Shown in pieces: positions 29,351-39,037 of a stretch of DNA of 64,000 nucleotides. The number at the start of each line of letters is the position of its first letter. The stretch's first letter is position 1. This stretch comes from an uncultured OM182 clade bacterium (GTDB lineage: Bacteria; Pseudomonadota; Gammaproteobacteria; Pseudomonadales; Azotimanducaceae), in NCBI GenBank assembly GCA_902567095.1, contig CACFLG010000005.1:1267-65266 (forward strand), in the 5' to 3' direction. The notes beneath the pieces are model-generated. The model saw nothing but the letters and a program-made list of their open reading frames with translations, did no database searches and was not told where the DNA came from. A program made the position numbers and the translations under genes.

Positions 29351-30547
29351 CTATCTCAACGCGTCAGTTGGCAAAATCCTGGCTGCTCGAAGAGAGGGAA
29401 CCAGACCAGCGATAAAGCTTACGGCTAGAGATGCAGTAGCAATAAGAGCAAGATCATCAAATCTTATCTGTATCGGTATTTGAGAAAAGTAGGTTCCTTC
29501 TACGATACTAAATCCGAATGTTGAAGATACCCAAGCCATCAGATTGGGCACATACAACGACAATATAACCCCAATCACTAACCCACTAACTACCGCTAAC
29601 AAAGATATAAATCCACCGAAAAAAAGAAAAATCGAGGTAATTTGACTAGATCTCAATCCGATCGTGCGCAAAATAGCAACTTCATTTCTTTTGTCTTCGA
29701 TTAAAATTGTTAGGGCCGAAATTATGCCAGTTGACGAAATAGCGATAACTAAGAGCATCACTACGAGGAGGAGATTTTTTTCAATACTTACCGCTCTGAA
29801 AAAATTCCCGAACCTTTCTGTCCAAGCTTCTACCTTTAAGCCTTCTTGCTGAAGAAGATCAGCAATTTCATCGGCTTTAAGAACATTCTCTAAATATAGT
29901 CTTGAGCCAATCTGCCTGTTTAAAAGATTAGAAATATCCCCAACTTCAGCCAAAGCCACATAACTATCGAGCTCAGACCGAAAGGCAAAGGTGCCGCCTA
30001 GATACGCCGGATACATTTTTGGCCTTACAGTGTCTCCTGACTCAGACATTATTGGAAATAACAAATAAAAAGGGTCTCCCAGATCGAGCCCATAACCTCG
30101 AGCGACTGACTGACTTAGTAGCAACCGTAGACCATACTCTTCGGGGAGGCTAACTTGATTTTTTTGCCCCATGGCTTGATGAATTTTAGTCCCCATTAAT
30201 TCCATATCCTTCGAAAATCCGTAAATTTCAAGGAAGTGGTTGCGAGCCCTAGTGAGCATCATCCCCTCAACGGCCATAAAAGGCGTTATGTGTTTTATGG
30301 CCTCTGTTCCCAGAAATGATTCAACATGGGTCGCATCTAATTCAGAACCCTCCACATAAACATGCGGCACAACGCCCAGCAAACGGTCCTTCAATTGGGA
30401 ATCAAAACCATTCATCACTGAGCTTACTACCGTAAGGATGGTTACTCCAATCGAGATGCCCAGGAAAGATGCGAGAGCAATCGGAGAGAAAAAATTGTTA
30501 TTGGATCGAGCAAACAGAAATCTCAATGCGATGTATCTAATAATCAC
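29351..30547 (-). CDS. lolE: lipoprotein-releasing ABC transporter permease LolE
   Basis: 398 aa, FtsX/MacB-type permease, in lolC-lolD-lolE order. Confidence 0.85.
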   Translation of the reverse strand: MIIRYIALRFLFARSNNNFFSPIALASFLGISIGVTILTVVSSVMNGFDSQLKDRLLGVVPHVYVEGSELDATHVESFLGTEAIKHITPFMAVEGMMLTRARNHFLEIYGFSKDMELMGTKIHQAMGQKNQVSLPEEYGLRLLLSQSVARGYGLDLGDPFYLLFPIMSESGDTVRPKMYPAYLGGTFAFRSELDSYVALAEVGDISNLLNRQIGSRLYLENVLKADEIADLLQQEGLKVEAWTERFGNFFRAVSIEKNLLLVVMLLVIAISSTGIISALTILIEDKRNEVAILRTIGLRSSQITSIFLFFGGFISLLAVVSGLVIGVILSLYVPNLMAWVSSTFGFSIVEGTYFSQIPIQIRFDDLALIATASLAVSFIAGLVPSLRAARILPTDALR

Positions 30548-31230
30548 GCTGCACGTTCTGCAAGCTTGCCACTTTTTAAAACAAAAATCTTGCTAAGCCG
30601 CCGCGCAAAGGACTCGTCGTGCGTTACCACAACAAACGAAGTTTCCAGAGAACTAGTTAAATCTAGCATTAGCTCCTCCACTATCTGAGAATTTTCTTCG
30701 TCTAAATTACCTGTTGGCTCATCAGCTAAAACCAAAGAGGGATTATTAATCAGGGAACGTCCAATTGCGACACGCTGCCTTTCCCCGCCGGACAATTCAG
30801 AGGGTAAGTGGCTTGAACGACGCTTTATATCTAATTTTAAAAGCATCTGATCAGCTAAAGAAAATGCTTCGGACCTGGGTTTACCAGAAATCAAAGCAGG
30901 CAACGCAATATTTTCCCTAGCGGAAAACTCTGGCATTAAATGATGAAACTGGTAGATGAAACCTATTTTCAGATTTCTAAAATTCGCCATTGCGGTTTCT
31001 GAAAGTAAGGAGAGACTTTGGCCATCAATCGCGACTTCTCCCTCAGTCTGACGGTCCAAACCTGCTAAAAGGTATAAAAATGTGCTTTTTCCGCTTCCCG
31101 AAGCCCCTATAATTCCTGTGGTTTCTCCTTCTCTGACAGAAAAATCAATACCACTAAGAACCTCTATAGACTTGTTTCCTTGGGTAAAGCTTTTGTATAG
31201 ACCTTGCGCTTTTATAATTTCACGTTTCAA
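30544..31230 (-). CDS. lolD: lipoprotein-releasing ABC transporter ATPase LolD
   Basis: 228 aa with Walker A GASGSGKST, signature LSGGERQR and Walker B LVLADEPTGNLD. Confidence 0.9.
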   Translation of the reverse strand: MKREIIKAQGLYKSFTQGNKSIEVLSGIDFSVREGETTGIIGASGSGKSTFLYLLAGLDRQTEGEVAIDGQSLSLLSETAMANFRNLKIGFIYQFHHLMPEFSARENIALPALISGKPRSEAFSLADQMLLKLDIKRRSSHLPSELSGGERQRVAIGRSLINNPSLVLADEPTGNLDEENSQIVEELMLDLTSSLETSFVVVTHDESFARRLSKIFVLKSGKLAERAA

Positions 31231-32452
31231 GGTTGAGTACTCTCGCAGGCATCATTCTGGCAGCTTTCCTTGCTGGCATAACAGAAAAGATAATTATTGT
31301 TGCTAAAGCTGTTAAAAATATTGCAGCAATATCAGAAAAGATAATTTTAGTTGGGAAATGTTTTATAAAATACTCATCCATAAACCCCGACTGAAGCGAA
31401 TCGTTAAGAAAATTGAAAAGTGGTGCCAACACAGTTGTGACTCCAAAACCCAAAGCAAATCCAGCTAAAACCCCCAGCAGACCAATGTACAATCCACTTA
31501 GCAAAAATATAATCAAAATGTCCCTCTCGGAAGCACCCAAAGTCTTCAAAACGGCTATCTCTGGCTTTGCTTGACTTACGGTTAGAGCCAAATTAGACGA
31601 GATGTTAAAGATAGCAGCCAGGACCAAAAACATCATCAAAAACGCCAGGGTGGCTTTCTGTGTGCCAATGGCTTCATACAAAGCACCGTGAGACTGTTGC
31701 CAACTATACCCATTAAGAGAGTCTTTAGCGTAAATCACATCGAACACAGTTCGAGAAGCTTGGAAAACGTTTTTTGTTTTTATCGAAACGCCATCTATTT
31801 CCTTTTGTCTCTTAAGCCTGCGCAAGTCATTCGAATGCATGATCAGTAAATTGCTATCAATATCTAGGTCCAATTCAAAAAAACCAACAACCTCCAACCT
31901 ACGAGTCGTTAGGTGAGAGCCAGCTAGCGAAACACTTACTTGTGGTAAAACCAATGTAATCTGATCACCAACAGAGAGCCGCAAAGTATTCGCTAAATCT
32001 CGACCCAACACCACATTAAAATTCGAGCTCTCCAGCGATTTGAGGTCTCCAACTACAATCGCCTCGGGCAATATTGAGACGGTCCCCTCGATCTCAGGAT
32101 CGATGCCTCTAACGGACACGGACGCAAGAGTGCCAGACGAGACAATCATGCCTCGACTCTCTATAAAAGGCGCCGCCGCCTCAATGTTTGAGTGTGATAG
32201 AAGGGAGTCTCGCATTTTGGCCAGATCAAAATCGGGGTCATCCGAATAAATAACTCCATGAGGGGTGGCCGCAAGCAGCCTTTCTCTAAACTCCTTGTCG
32301 AACCCATTTACTATGGAAAGAACAGTAAATAAGGCTGCAATCGCTACAGCTACTCCAATTATGGAGAAAAGACCAACCAAGGAGCTTCCTCGCCTTGCGG
32401 GGAAAGAGAAAGCTATTTTGCGCGCCAATGCGAATCGCCAATGACCAACCAT
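31220..32452 (-). CDS. lolC: lipoprotein-releasing ABC transporter permease LolC
   Basis: 410 aa, FtsX/MacB-type permease, paralog of 29351-30547. Confidence 0.85.
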   Translation of the reverse strand: MVGHWRFALARKIAFSFPARRGSSLVGLFSIIGVAVAIAALFTVLSIVNGFDKEFRERLLAATPHGVIYSDDPDFDLAKMRDSLLSHSNIEAAAPFIESRGMIVSSGTLASVSVRGIDPEIEGTVSILPEAIVVGDLKSLESSNFNVVLGRDLANTLRLSVGDQITLVLPQVSVSLAGSHLTTRRLEVVGFFELDLDIDSNLLIMHSNDLRRLKRQKEIDGVSIKTKNVFQASRTVFDVIYAKDSLNGYSWQQSHGALYEAIGTQKATLAFLMMFLVLAAIFNISSNLALTVSQAKPEIAVLKTLGASERDILIIFLLSGLYIGLLGVLAGFALGFGVTTVLAPLFNFLNDSLQSGFMDEYFIKHFPTKIIFSDIAAIFLTALATIIIFSVMPARKAARMMPARVLNLET

Positions 32453-32488
32453 CCTAGGATTTACTCCTATGCTCTCTGTCCTTAGCCT

Positions 32489-32662
32489 TTATTTTCTGGC
32501 GCAGTTTTCTTTCTTGCCACAGAATTGACAGGCCGCATCGCCATTTAAACTCTTTAGCCCACCGCAAGAGCCAGCAATTGGGTCACGGCCCTTGATTACT
32601 CCAATCGCCATAGCAATGACCGAAGCCAGCAAGATCACGAAACTAAAAATAAACTCAATCAT
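32489..32662 (-). CDS. nqrM: NqrM-like (DUF539) Na+-NQR maturation protein. This small ORF is absent from the track.
   Basis: My own translation is MIEFIFSFVILLASVIAMAIGVIKGRDPIAGSCGGLKSLNGDAACQFCGKKENCARK (57 aa), with one TM helix, a GSCGG motif and a CxxC motif. Its ATG overlaps the apbE stop (ATGA), matching the usual apbE-nqrM arrangement. Confidence 0.65.
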   Translation of the reverse strand: MIEFIFSFVILLASVIAMAIGVIKGRDPIAGSCGGLKSLNGDAACQFCGKKENCARK

Positions 32663-33672
32663 TCACTAAGACTCGTTACATATTCTTGAAATTTTTCAGA
32701 GGAAAAAACTTCGTATTTCCCCGATTGACGTATTATAGCCATAACTTTTAGGTTTTTCTCATTTGATATCTGCGAAAGACTTTCTAATCCGATTGCGTTT
32801 AATCCGGTAGCCAAGGCATCAGCAAGAGCCGCACTCCGATGCAAAACAGTAACTGATCCGACCCCGTTATCAATCGGATAGCCATTATCAGGATTTATGA
32901 TGTGAGGGAAAAAAGCACCGTCCGACTCAAAAAAATTTCTATAGTCTCCGGAGGTAGCCATCGCTAGATTATCAAGTGGAACAGTGCTAAAGACTTTCCT
33001 CTCGTTACGATTGGGAACTTCTATCGCGATGTTCCAGGGTTTGCCTCGAGGACTCAATCCACGGGCTTTCACTTCACCACCTATCTCTACAAAAAAATTT
33101 TCCAGATCCCTATGCTCAAGAAACTCCGCTATAAGATCTACCGCGTACCCCTTAGCAATCCCCGAAAAATCGAGTCGCGTCTCTCTCGACTTATAAACAA
33201 AATTCGAGGTTATCTTCAATGGATTGTCCGAGGGGGTCTCCAATAAATCTTCTATCTTGATTCGTGAGGGAGGCCCTTCCCTCTTAAAATCAGGGCCAAA
33301 ACCCCAAAGATCAACCAAGGGACCTATCGAAACATCAAACGCACCCCGAGTAATATTTTTGACCTCTTCACTGAGCAACAAAAGCTCCCTAAACGAAGAG
33401 GAGACCGTCACCGCGCCTTCCGAGCGGTTAAATTTTGATATCTCTGACTCAGCCATGTAATGAGAGAAGACCCCATTGAATTCGAGCAACTCCTGATCGA
33501 TTAGAGCCTTTAAGTCGACCTCTTTATCTAGCTGATCAGATATCTTTACAGTGTAGGTTGTTCCCATCGTCACGCCTTCAATCACAGTAAGAGATTTGTT
33601 TGTTTTTGAGCAACCTGCGAGCACTAGCACCGCAGCACAAACAAAAAATATTGAGTTAAAACTTTGTTTCAT
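32659..33672 (-). CDS. apbE: FAD:protein FMN transferase ApbE (lipoprotein)
   Basis: 337 aa with lipobox VLAGC|S, FDVSIGPL, SGIAKGYAVD and ATSGDY motifs. Confidence 0.9.
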   Translation of the reverse strand: MKQSFNSIFFVCAAVLVLAGCSKTNKSLTVIEGVTMGTTYTVKISDQLDKEVDLKALIDQELLEFNGVFSHYMAESEISKFNRSEGAVTVSSSFRELLLLSEEVKNITRGAFDVSIGPLVDLWGFGPDFKREGPPSRIKIEDLLETPSDNPLKITSNFVYKSRETRLDFSGIAKGYAVDLIAEFLEHRDLENFFVEIGGEVKARGLSPRGKPWNIAIEVPNRNERKVFSTVPLDNLAMATSGDYRNFFESDGAFFPHIINPDNGYPIDNGVGSVTVLHRSAALADALATGLNAIGLESLSQISNEKNLKVMAIIRQSGKYEVFSSEKFQEYVTSLSE

Positions 33673-33688
33673 GCTTTACTCCCGCTCC

Positions 33689-34183
33689 ATGGACCCGTTA
33701 AAAGAAAGCTCTTCACATAAATTATACAACGGATCGCCGAAGGAGCTTCAGGAGATAATGCATGAGCTAATCCCTATGAGCAGGTTCATGGGCGTTGCAG
33801 TCTCGGAATATAAAAGAGATACGCTGACACTGACCGCTCCATTGAGCAAAAACATCAACCACCAACAATCGGCTTTCGGTGGAAGCATTTTTGCTTTGGC
33901 GGCTTTAGCCGGTTGGGGCATCTTGCAGCTTAAGCTCAGAGAGCTTGATTTAGACTGCAATATCGTAGTGTCAGACGCAAAAGCTAAATTCCTCAAACCC
34001 ATTCGTGAAGATCTGGTGTGCAAGGCCAAGCTTAACCATTCTCACATTCGGTTACTCAAGGAAATTAACAAGACTGGGTCTGTTGTAGTCGAGCTAGACA
34101 CTGAATTTTTAGCTAGGGGAATTACTGCTATGACCTCCCGTTCAATTTACCATGTAAAAAATCTCGGGATAGAGGCTCAATGA
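33689..34183 (+). CDS. YiiD_C/hot-dog-fold putative thioesterase
   Basis: IPMSRFMGV...L.APL..N.NHQQSAFGGSIFALAALAGWG matches the YiiD C-terminal thioesterase pattern. I chose the ATG at 33689 because the track start at 33596 overlaps apbE. Confidence 0.6.
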   Translation: MDPLKESSSHKLYNGSPKELQEIMHELIPMSRFMGVAVSEYKRDTLTLTAPLSKNINHQQSAFGGSIFALAALAGWGILQLKLRELDLDCNIVVSDAKAKFLKPIREDLVCKAKLNHSHIRLLKEINKTGSVVVELDTEFLARGITAMTSRSIYHVKNLGIEAQ

Positions 34184-35166
34184 ACAAATATAACCCTGCC
34201 AGAGTGGCCCTGGGCAGACTTCCCACACCGATTGAACGCTTAGAGACGCTCTCGAAAAAGTACAAAAAAAATATATGGATAAAAAGAGATGATCTATCTG
34301 AGACCGCGTTGTCCGGAAACAAAGTTAGAAAGTTGGAATATATCGTAGCTGAAGCACTCGAGAACAAAGCAGATGTCCTAGTGACTTGGGGCGCTGTTCA
34401 GTCAAACCACTGCAGAGCTACCGCCATCGCTGCAGCCAGGCTTGGTATGAAATCGCACTTAGTTCTTCGAGGTTCCGAACCGAACGAAGCCGATGGAAAC
34501 CTCTTAATTGATAAGTTGGTCAATTCTAGGATCTCCTACCAAACACCTGATGAATACGGAAAAATGGATAAAACCTATGAACTCCTTCAAACACAATACG
34601 AGAAAGAGGGTAAAAAAACCTTCCGAATACCTGTCGGGGGAAGCAATGAGACAGGTCTTTGGGGATATATCAATTGCGCGCGCGAATTAGTATCTGATTT
34701 CAAAAATATCGGTTTTAATCCTGAGGCAATCGTTTGCGCCACTGGATCCGGAGGAACTCAGGGAGGGCTAATACTAGGCGCTGACCTTCACCAAATTGAT
34801 GGCCAGATTTTCGGGATAAATGTTTGCGATAACAAAAGGTATTTTGAAAACAAAATTGGAGAAGACATCAATCTTTGGTTAGAAAAATATTCTCCAGCAA
34901 CAAGCAAAGCGACCCAGCTCCAAACAAACATCATTGAAGGATACGTCGGTGAGGGTTACGGCAAGGCCTCGGCTGAAATTTTCGAGACCATCCGCGAAGT
35001 CGCAGAATTAGAGGGAATTTTGTTAGACCCGGTATATACTGGGAAGGCCTTTCATGGCATGATTTCTGAGATAGAAAACGGCTGTCTCGCGAGATTCCAA
35101 GACATCCTTTTTATTCACACCGGGGGCATTTTCGGGATCTTCCCTCATAAAGAAAACATGGTCTAA
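34180..35166 (+). CDS. PLP-dependent D-cysteine desulfhydrase/ACC deaminase family enzyme
   Basis: 328 aa with TPIERL....IWIKRDD......GNKVRKLEY (PLP lysine) and a glycine loop TGSGGTQGG. Confidence 0.8.
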   Translation: MNKYNPARVALGRLPTPIERLETLSKKYKKNIWIKRDDLSETALSGNKVRKLEYIVAEALENKADVLVTWGAVQSNHCRATAIAAARLGMKSHLVLRGSEPNEADGNLLIDKLVNSRISYQTPDEYGKMDKTYELLQTQYEKEGKKTFRIPVGGSNETGLWGYINCARELVSDFKNIGFNPEAIVCATGSGGTQGGLILGADLHQIDGQIFGINVCDNKRYFENKIGEDINLWLEKYSPATSKATQLQTNIIEGYVGEGYGKASAEIFETIREVAELEGILLDPVYTGKAFHGMISEIENGCLARFQDILFIHTGGIFGIFPHKENMV

Positions 35167-35169
35167 ACG

Positions 35170-35736
35170 ATGAAAAACCTTATTTTTCTCTTGGTGTTCC
35201 TTTTCTCTGGCTGTTCTTCTCTTCCGACCCTTTGGCCTTTTGGGAAAGACAAGGACAATTGTTTAGAGACGAATAGTTGCGAGTCTGCAGCAGAAGTCAC
35301 TAGGGCAGAAAGTGAAACGTGGTCATGCAACGGAACATCAAAATCGGAAGGCTGGACGTGCGCGCGATCGTCAGCTCCTAACTTCTCAGACAAGCCCTCA
35401 AGCCAAGATATTGGTTCGATCTCAGCAAACAAAATTGATTTAGTTCAAAAGCTATCCCTATTCCTCGACAGCGGGTTTGCCGTCCAAATAGCCGCCCTGC
35501 AGTCGATCGAAGAAATCACAAAGCTTGCTGAAAGGATTGGCATTGAGACTCCTTTGATAGCAGAAACAAAGCTTGAAGGAGCTATTTGGTTCGTTCTCGT
35601 TTTAGATCTTTATGAGGAGTTTGAGTCGGCGCAGGCCGCAAGCAAAAACCTTCAGAGAGCTTACCCTTTTCTGAATGAGCCCTGGGTAAGGCCCGTCAAG
35701 TCCCTTAAGAAGTCGCTGGCAAAATTCAGCGGATAA
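35170..35736 (+). CDS. SPOR-domain lipoprotein
   Basis: Lipobox LFSGC|S. The C-terminal ~75 aa (GFAVQIAAL...WFVLVLDLYEEFESAQAASKNLQ) has the SPOR peptidoglycan-binding pattern. Confidence 0.7.
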   Translation: MKNLIFLLVFLFSGCSSLPTLWPFGKDKDNCLETNSCESAAEVTRAESETWSCNGTSKSEGWTCARSSAPNFSDKPSSQDIGSISANKIDLVQKLSLFLDSGFAVQIAALQSIEEITKLAERIGIETPLIAETKLEGAIWFVLVLDLYEEFESAQAASKNLQRAYPFLNEPWVRPVKSLKKSLAKFSG

Positions 35737-35739
35737 CTT

Positions 35740-37140
35740 ATGAAAAAAAAAGAAATACTTCGGAACATTCCCTCCGTAGACAAGATCCTAGCCCTTTTTG
35801 CCGGTCGGGACGAGCTACGGAACTATGGACTGACTCGATTAACGGAGGCTAGTCGAAAAACCTTAAAAAATTTTAGAACGCAGATAACAAATGAGAAGCT
35901 AACCTCCGCCCCGACACTGGACGAAATATCAGAACAGGTGATAGCTCTAATTGAAACACAAAACGAGGGGTCTCTTAAGGCAGTAGTAAATCTCACAGGA
36001 ACGGTCCTGCACACAAACCTTGGCAGGGCTACTTTACCCCTTTTTGTGGCTAACGAGCTTTCTGGAATTGCGAGTGGGAACAATAATTTAGAATATGAAC
36101 TTGAAGAGGGATCCAGAGGAGACAGGGATAGCCATGTCGAGAGACTTCTCACGGAACTTACAGGAGCAGAAGCCGCAACGGTTGTAAACAACAACGCAGC
36201 AGCAGTCTTGCTCTGCCTTAATACTTTTGCTTCAAAAAAAGAAGTTTGTGTTTCTAGGGGGGAGCTTGTAGAAATTGGGGGTTCTTTCAGGATCCCCGAA
36301 ATCATGGAAAAATCAGGGAGTACCCTGAGAGAAGTGGGCACGACTAATAGAACTCATTTAAAAGATTACGCCTCCGCCGTGAATGAACGAACGGGCTTAA
36401 TTATGAAAACGCACACGAGCAATTATGTTATCCAAGGCTTTACCCATGAAGCAACCCACGCAGAGCTTGCAAACCTTGGTAAATCAAGAGGAATTCCTCT
36501 CTTTGCGGACCTCGGGAGCGGCACTTTATTAAATCTGGAAGAATTTGGACTTAACCATGAAACAACCGTTCAGGAGCTCATTTCAGCAGGAACAGACTTA
36601 GTCTCTTTCAGTGGAGACAAATTGCTCGGAGGACCTCAAGCGGGCATCATTGTGGGAAGAACAGATCTCATCTCCCAACTCAAAGAGAACCCGCTTAAGC
36701 GAGCCCTGAGGGTAGACAAGCTTACTATTTCGGCGTTGAGCGGAGTTCTAAAGCTTTATCGACACCCAGAAACACTAGCCGAAAACCTTCCTACCATGAG
36801 ATTTTTAACAAGAACGCCGGATGAAATTTTTAAAATGGCACAAGAAATTTTACCAGCCTTATTAAAGACAATAGCCCCTAAGTTTAAAGCACAAATTATC
36901 GAAACAAAAAGTCAGATCGGAAGCGGAGCTTTACCACTAGACCAACTGGACTCCTTTGCCTTAAGCATAGAGAGTGCAGACAACTCCGATAAGGCCCTGA
37001 GAGAAATCGCTCACAAGTTCAGACAACTCCCGGTTCCGATTATCGGAAGAATCGCGGGCGGGCGGCTTCTGTTTGATCTGCGAACTCTGGAACTACCCTC
37101 CTCATTCCTTGAGCCTATTACGGAACTTAAATCTGTATGA
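35740..37140 (+). CDS. selA: L-seryl-tRNA(Sec) selenium transferase
   Basis: 466 aa. Motifs seen: VVNLTGTVLHTNLGRA, NNNAAAVLL and FSGDKLLGGPQAGIIVG (PLP-lysine region). Confidence 0.93.
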   Translation: MKKKEILRNIPSVDKILALFAGRDELRNYGLTRLTEASRKTLKNFRTQITNEKLTSAPTLDEISEQVIALIETQNEGSLKAVVNLTGTVLHTNLGRATLPLFVANELSGIASGNNNLEYELEEGSRGDRDSHVERLLTELTGAEAATVVNNNAAAVLLCLNTFASKKEVCVSRGELVEIGGSFRIPEIMEKSGSTLREVGTTNRTHLKDYASAVNERTGLIMKTHTSNYVIQGFTHEATHAELANLGKSRGIPLFADLGSGTLLNLEEFGLNHETTVQELISAGTDLVSFSGDKLLGGPQAGIIVGRTDLISQLKENPLKRALRVDKLTISALSGVLKLYRHPETLAENLPTMRFLTRTPDEIFKMAQEILPALLKTIAPKFKAQIIETKSQIGSGALPLDQLDSFALSIESADNSDKALREIAHKFRQLPVPIIGRIAGGRLLFDLRTLELPSSFLEPITELKSV

Positions 37141-39014
37141 TCATTGCCACCGCGGGACATGTAGACCATGGAAAAACCTCTCTCGTTAAATCTATAACGG
37201 GCGTGGACACCGATCGGCTGGCTGAGGAGAAAAAAAGGGGGCTCACAATTGAATTAGGGTTTGCTTACACGAAGTCAGACAGCGGCGAATCGATCGGATT
37301 TGTTGATGTCCCTGGACACTCACGATTTATCGGCAACATGTTATCCGGGGTTTCGACTATAGACGCTACTATCCTTGTAATCGCCTGCGATGACGGCGTC
37401 ATGCCTCAAACGCTCGAACACCTTCAAATCTTAGAGCTCTTAGGTATCGAAAATGGCTTTATTGTCCTAACAAAAATTGATCGGTGCGAGGTAACACAGA
37501 TAGAGACAAGACAAAACGAGATAAGAAGAGAGTTAGCCAAGTCATTCCTTAAAGGTTGCCCAATAGTCCCAGTATCCTCAGTAACGGGTACTGGCATCGA
37601 GAAAGTAAAAGAAACAATTGAAGAGCTAGCCAAAAAAAAACAAAAAACAACAAAGCAAGGATTATTTAGGCTTTCAGTTGACAGGAGATTCGTGCTTCAA
37701 GGCACAGGTTTGGTAGCAACTGGAACTGTTGCTGACGGAGAGGTCTGCGAAGGAGACGAGATATGGCTAATGCCCTCAAAGATAAAACTAAAAGCAAGGT
37801 CTTTAAGAGTAAATTCTGATAAAAAAAACTTGGCTCGATTAGGAGACCGATGCGCTATCAATCTTACCGGCGAAAACATCAAACTCACTGATGTTAAAAG
37901 AGGGAACTGGCTTACAAAAAATCCGGGAGACGCAACAAAAAAGGTAGTGGTTAGACTAAAACTCCTCAGACCATCCCAAGGTAAGTTGAAAAACTTCTCG
38001 CAAGTTCATTTTCATGCGGGCGCCAATCATGCTCAGGGGAGAATGGTTTTCCATGATCTAGAAGACTACTCGGACGGCGAAACAAGTGTTGCAACAATTT
38101 TATTGTCTGAAGAAATAAATCTTTGCTACGGCGATTATTTTGTAATTCGAGACCAGTCAGCATCTTTAACGCTCGGCGGCGGCAGGATCTTGAACCCATG
38201 CCCACCGGGGAACAAAAAAAAAGAATCAGCGGAAAGAGAAACTCTAAATCTGTTCAAGTTCAAGGATATCGAGAGCGACATCCTAACCTACATTCAAGGT
38301 TTACGAGCCAGCGTACCTATCAAAAAGCTGGTTGCTGTGTTTAACGTATCCGAAAAAAATTTATTTCATCTCGTCGAGAATAATAATTTAACCACTATTA
38401 AGCAGAGTGAAGTAATTAGCGGACCAAACCTTCAGGATTTAGAACAACGAATAGAGGCATTCATTCGGGGGTGGCAACAAAAAAAATCTGGCGAGAGAGG
38501 CGTTCCCGAGTCGTCCATAGAGACTGGTGTCGAAGATCATTCCTTGGACTCAATCTCACATGCTATCGAGTCACTCATTTATAAAAAAAGGATCGCAAGA
38601 CATGGAAATGTGATCTCTTTATGCGGCTACCGCGTTCAACTTGATCAGGAAGGGAAAAGCCTTTGGGAAAAGCTATCACCTATCCTCAAAGAAACTTGGA
38701 GAAAGCCGCCTGTCATGCATGATCTAGCTAAAGAGTTACGGCTAGAACCTAAAAAGCTCGAGCAGGCCCTGGTTCCACTAATCAAAGCAGGACTTATTTT
38801 GCGACCGATTAAGAACCGTTATTTTCTGCCGGAAGCCTTAGATGACCTAAAGGGTGACATTTTCAAGGCTGCAGACAGTGATAATCAGATTTCGGTTAAA
38901 AGCTATCGAGACATAACCGGGATAGGCAGAAATCTTTCGATAGAGATTCTCGAGTATTTTGACAGACAAGGGGTCACCAGGAGACTGGGAGACAAAAGAC
39001 AAATCATAGAGTAA
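37137..39014 (+). CDS. selB: selenocysteine-specific translation elongation factor
   Basis: 625 aa with GTPase motifs AGHVDHGKTS, DVPGH and TKID, plus a long winged-helix C-terminal extension. It has an ATGA overlap with selA. Confidence 0.93.
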   Translation: MIIATAGHVDHGKTSLVKSITGVDTDRLAEEKKRGLTIELGFAYTKSDSGESIGFVDVPGHSRFIGNMLSGVSTIDATILVIACDDGVMPQTLEHLQILELLGIENGFIVLTKIDRCEVTQIETRQNEIRRELAKSFLKGCPIVPVSSVTGTGIEKVKETIEELAKKKQKTTKQGLFRLSVDRRFVLQGTGLVATGTVADGEVCEGDEIWLMPSKIKLKARSLRVNSDKKNLARLGDRCAINLTGENIKLTDVKRGNWLTKNPGDATKKVVVRLKLLRPSQGKLKNFSQVHFHAGANHAQGRMVFHDLEDYSDGETSVATILLSEEINLCYGDYFVIRDQSASLTLGGGRILNPCPPGNKKKESAERETLNLFKFKDIESDILTYIQGLRASVPIKKLVAVFNVSEKNLFHLVENNNLTTIKQSEVISGPNLQDLEQRIEAFIRGWQQKKSGERGVPESSIETGVEDHSLDSISHAIESLIYKKRIARHGNVISLCGYRVQLDQEGKSLWEKLSPILKETWRKPPVMHDLAKELRLEPKKLEQALVPLIKAGLILRPIKNRYFLPEALDDLKGDIFKAADSDNQISVKSYRDITGIGRNLSIEILEYFDRQGVTRRLGDKRQIIE

Positions 39015-39037
39015 CTGTTGGGCATCAAGGGTAAAAA

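Noticed and set aside
34180-35166. Reading the D-cysteine desulfhydrase-like PLP enzyme, which lies one gene upstream of selA, as a selenocysteine lyase dedicated to the Sec pathway.
   Set aside because: The only evidence is proximity, and a SPOR lipoprotein gene intervenes. The fold family is generic (ACC deaminase/DcyD).
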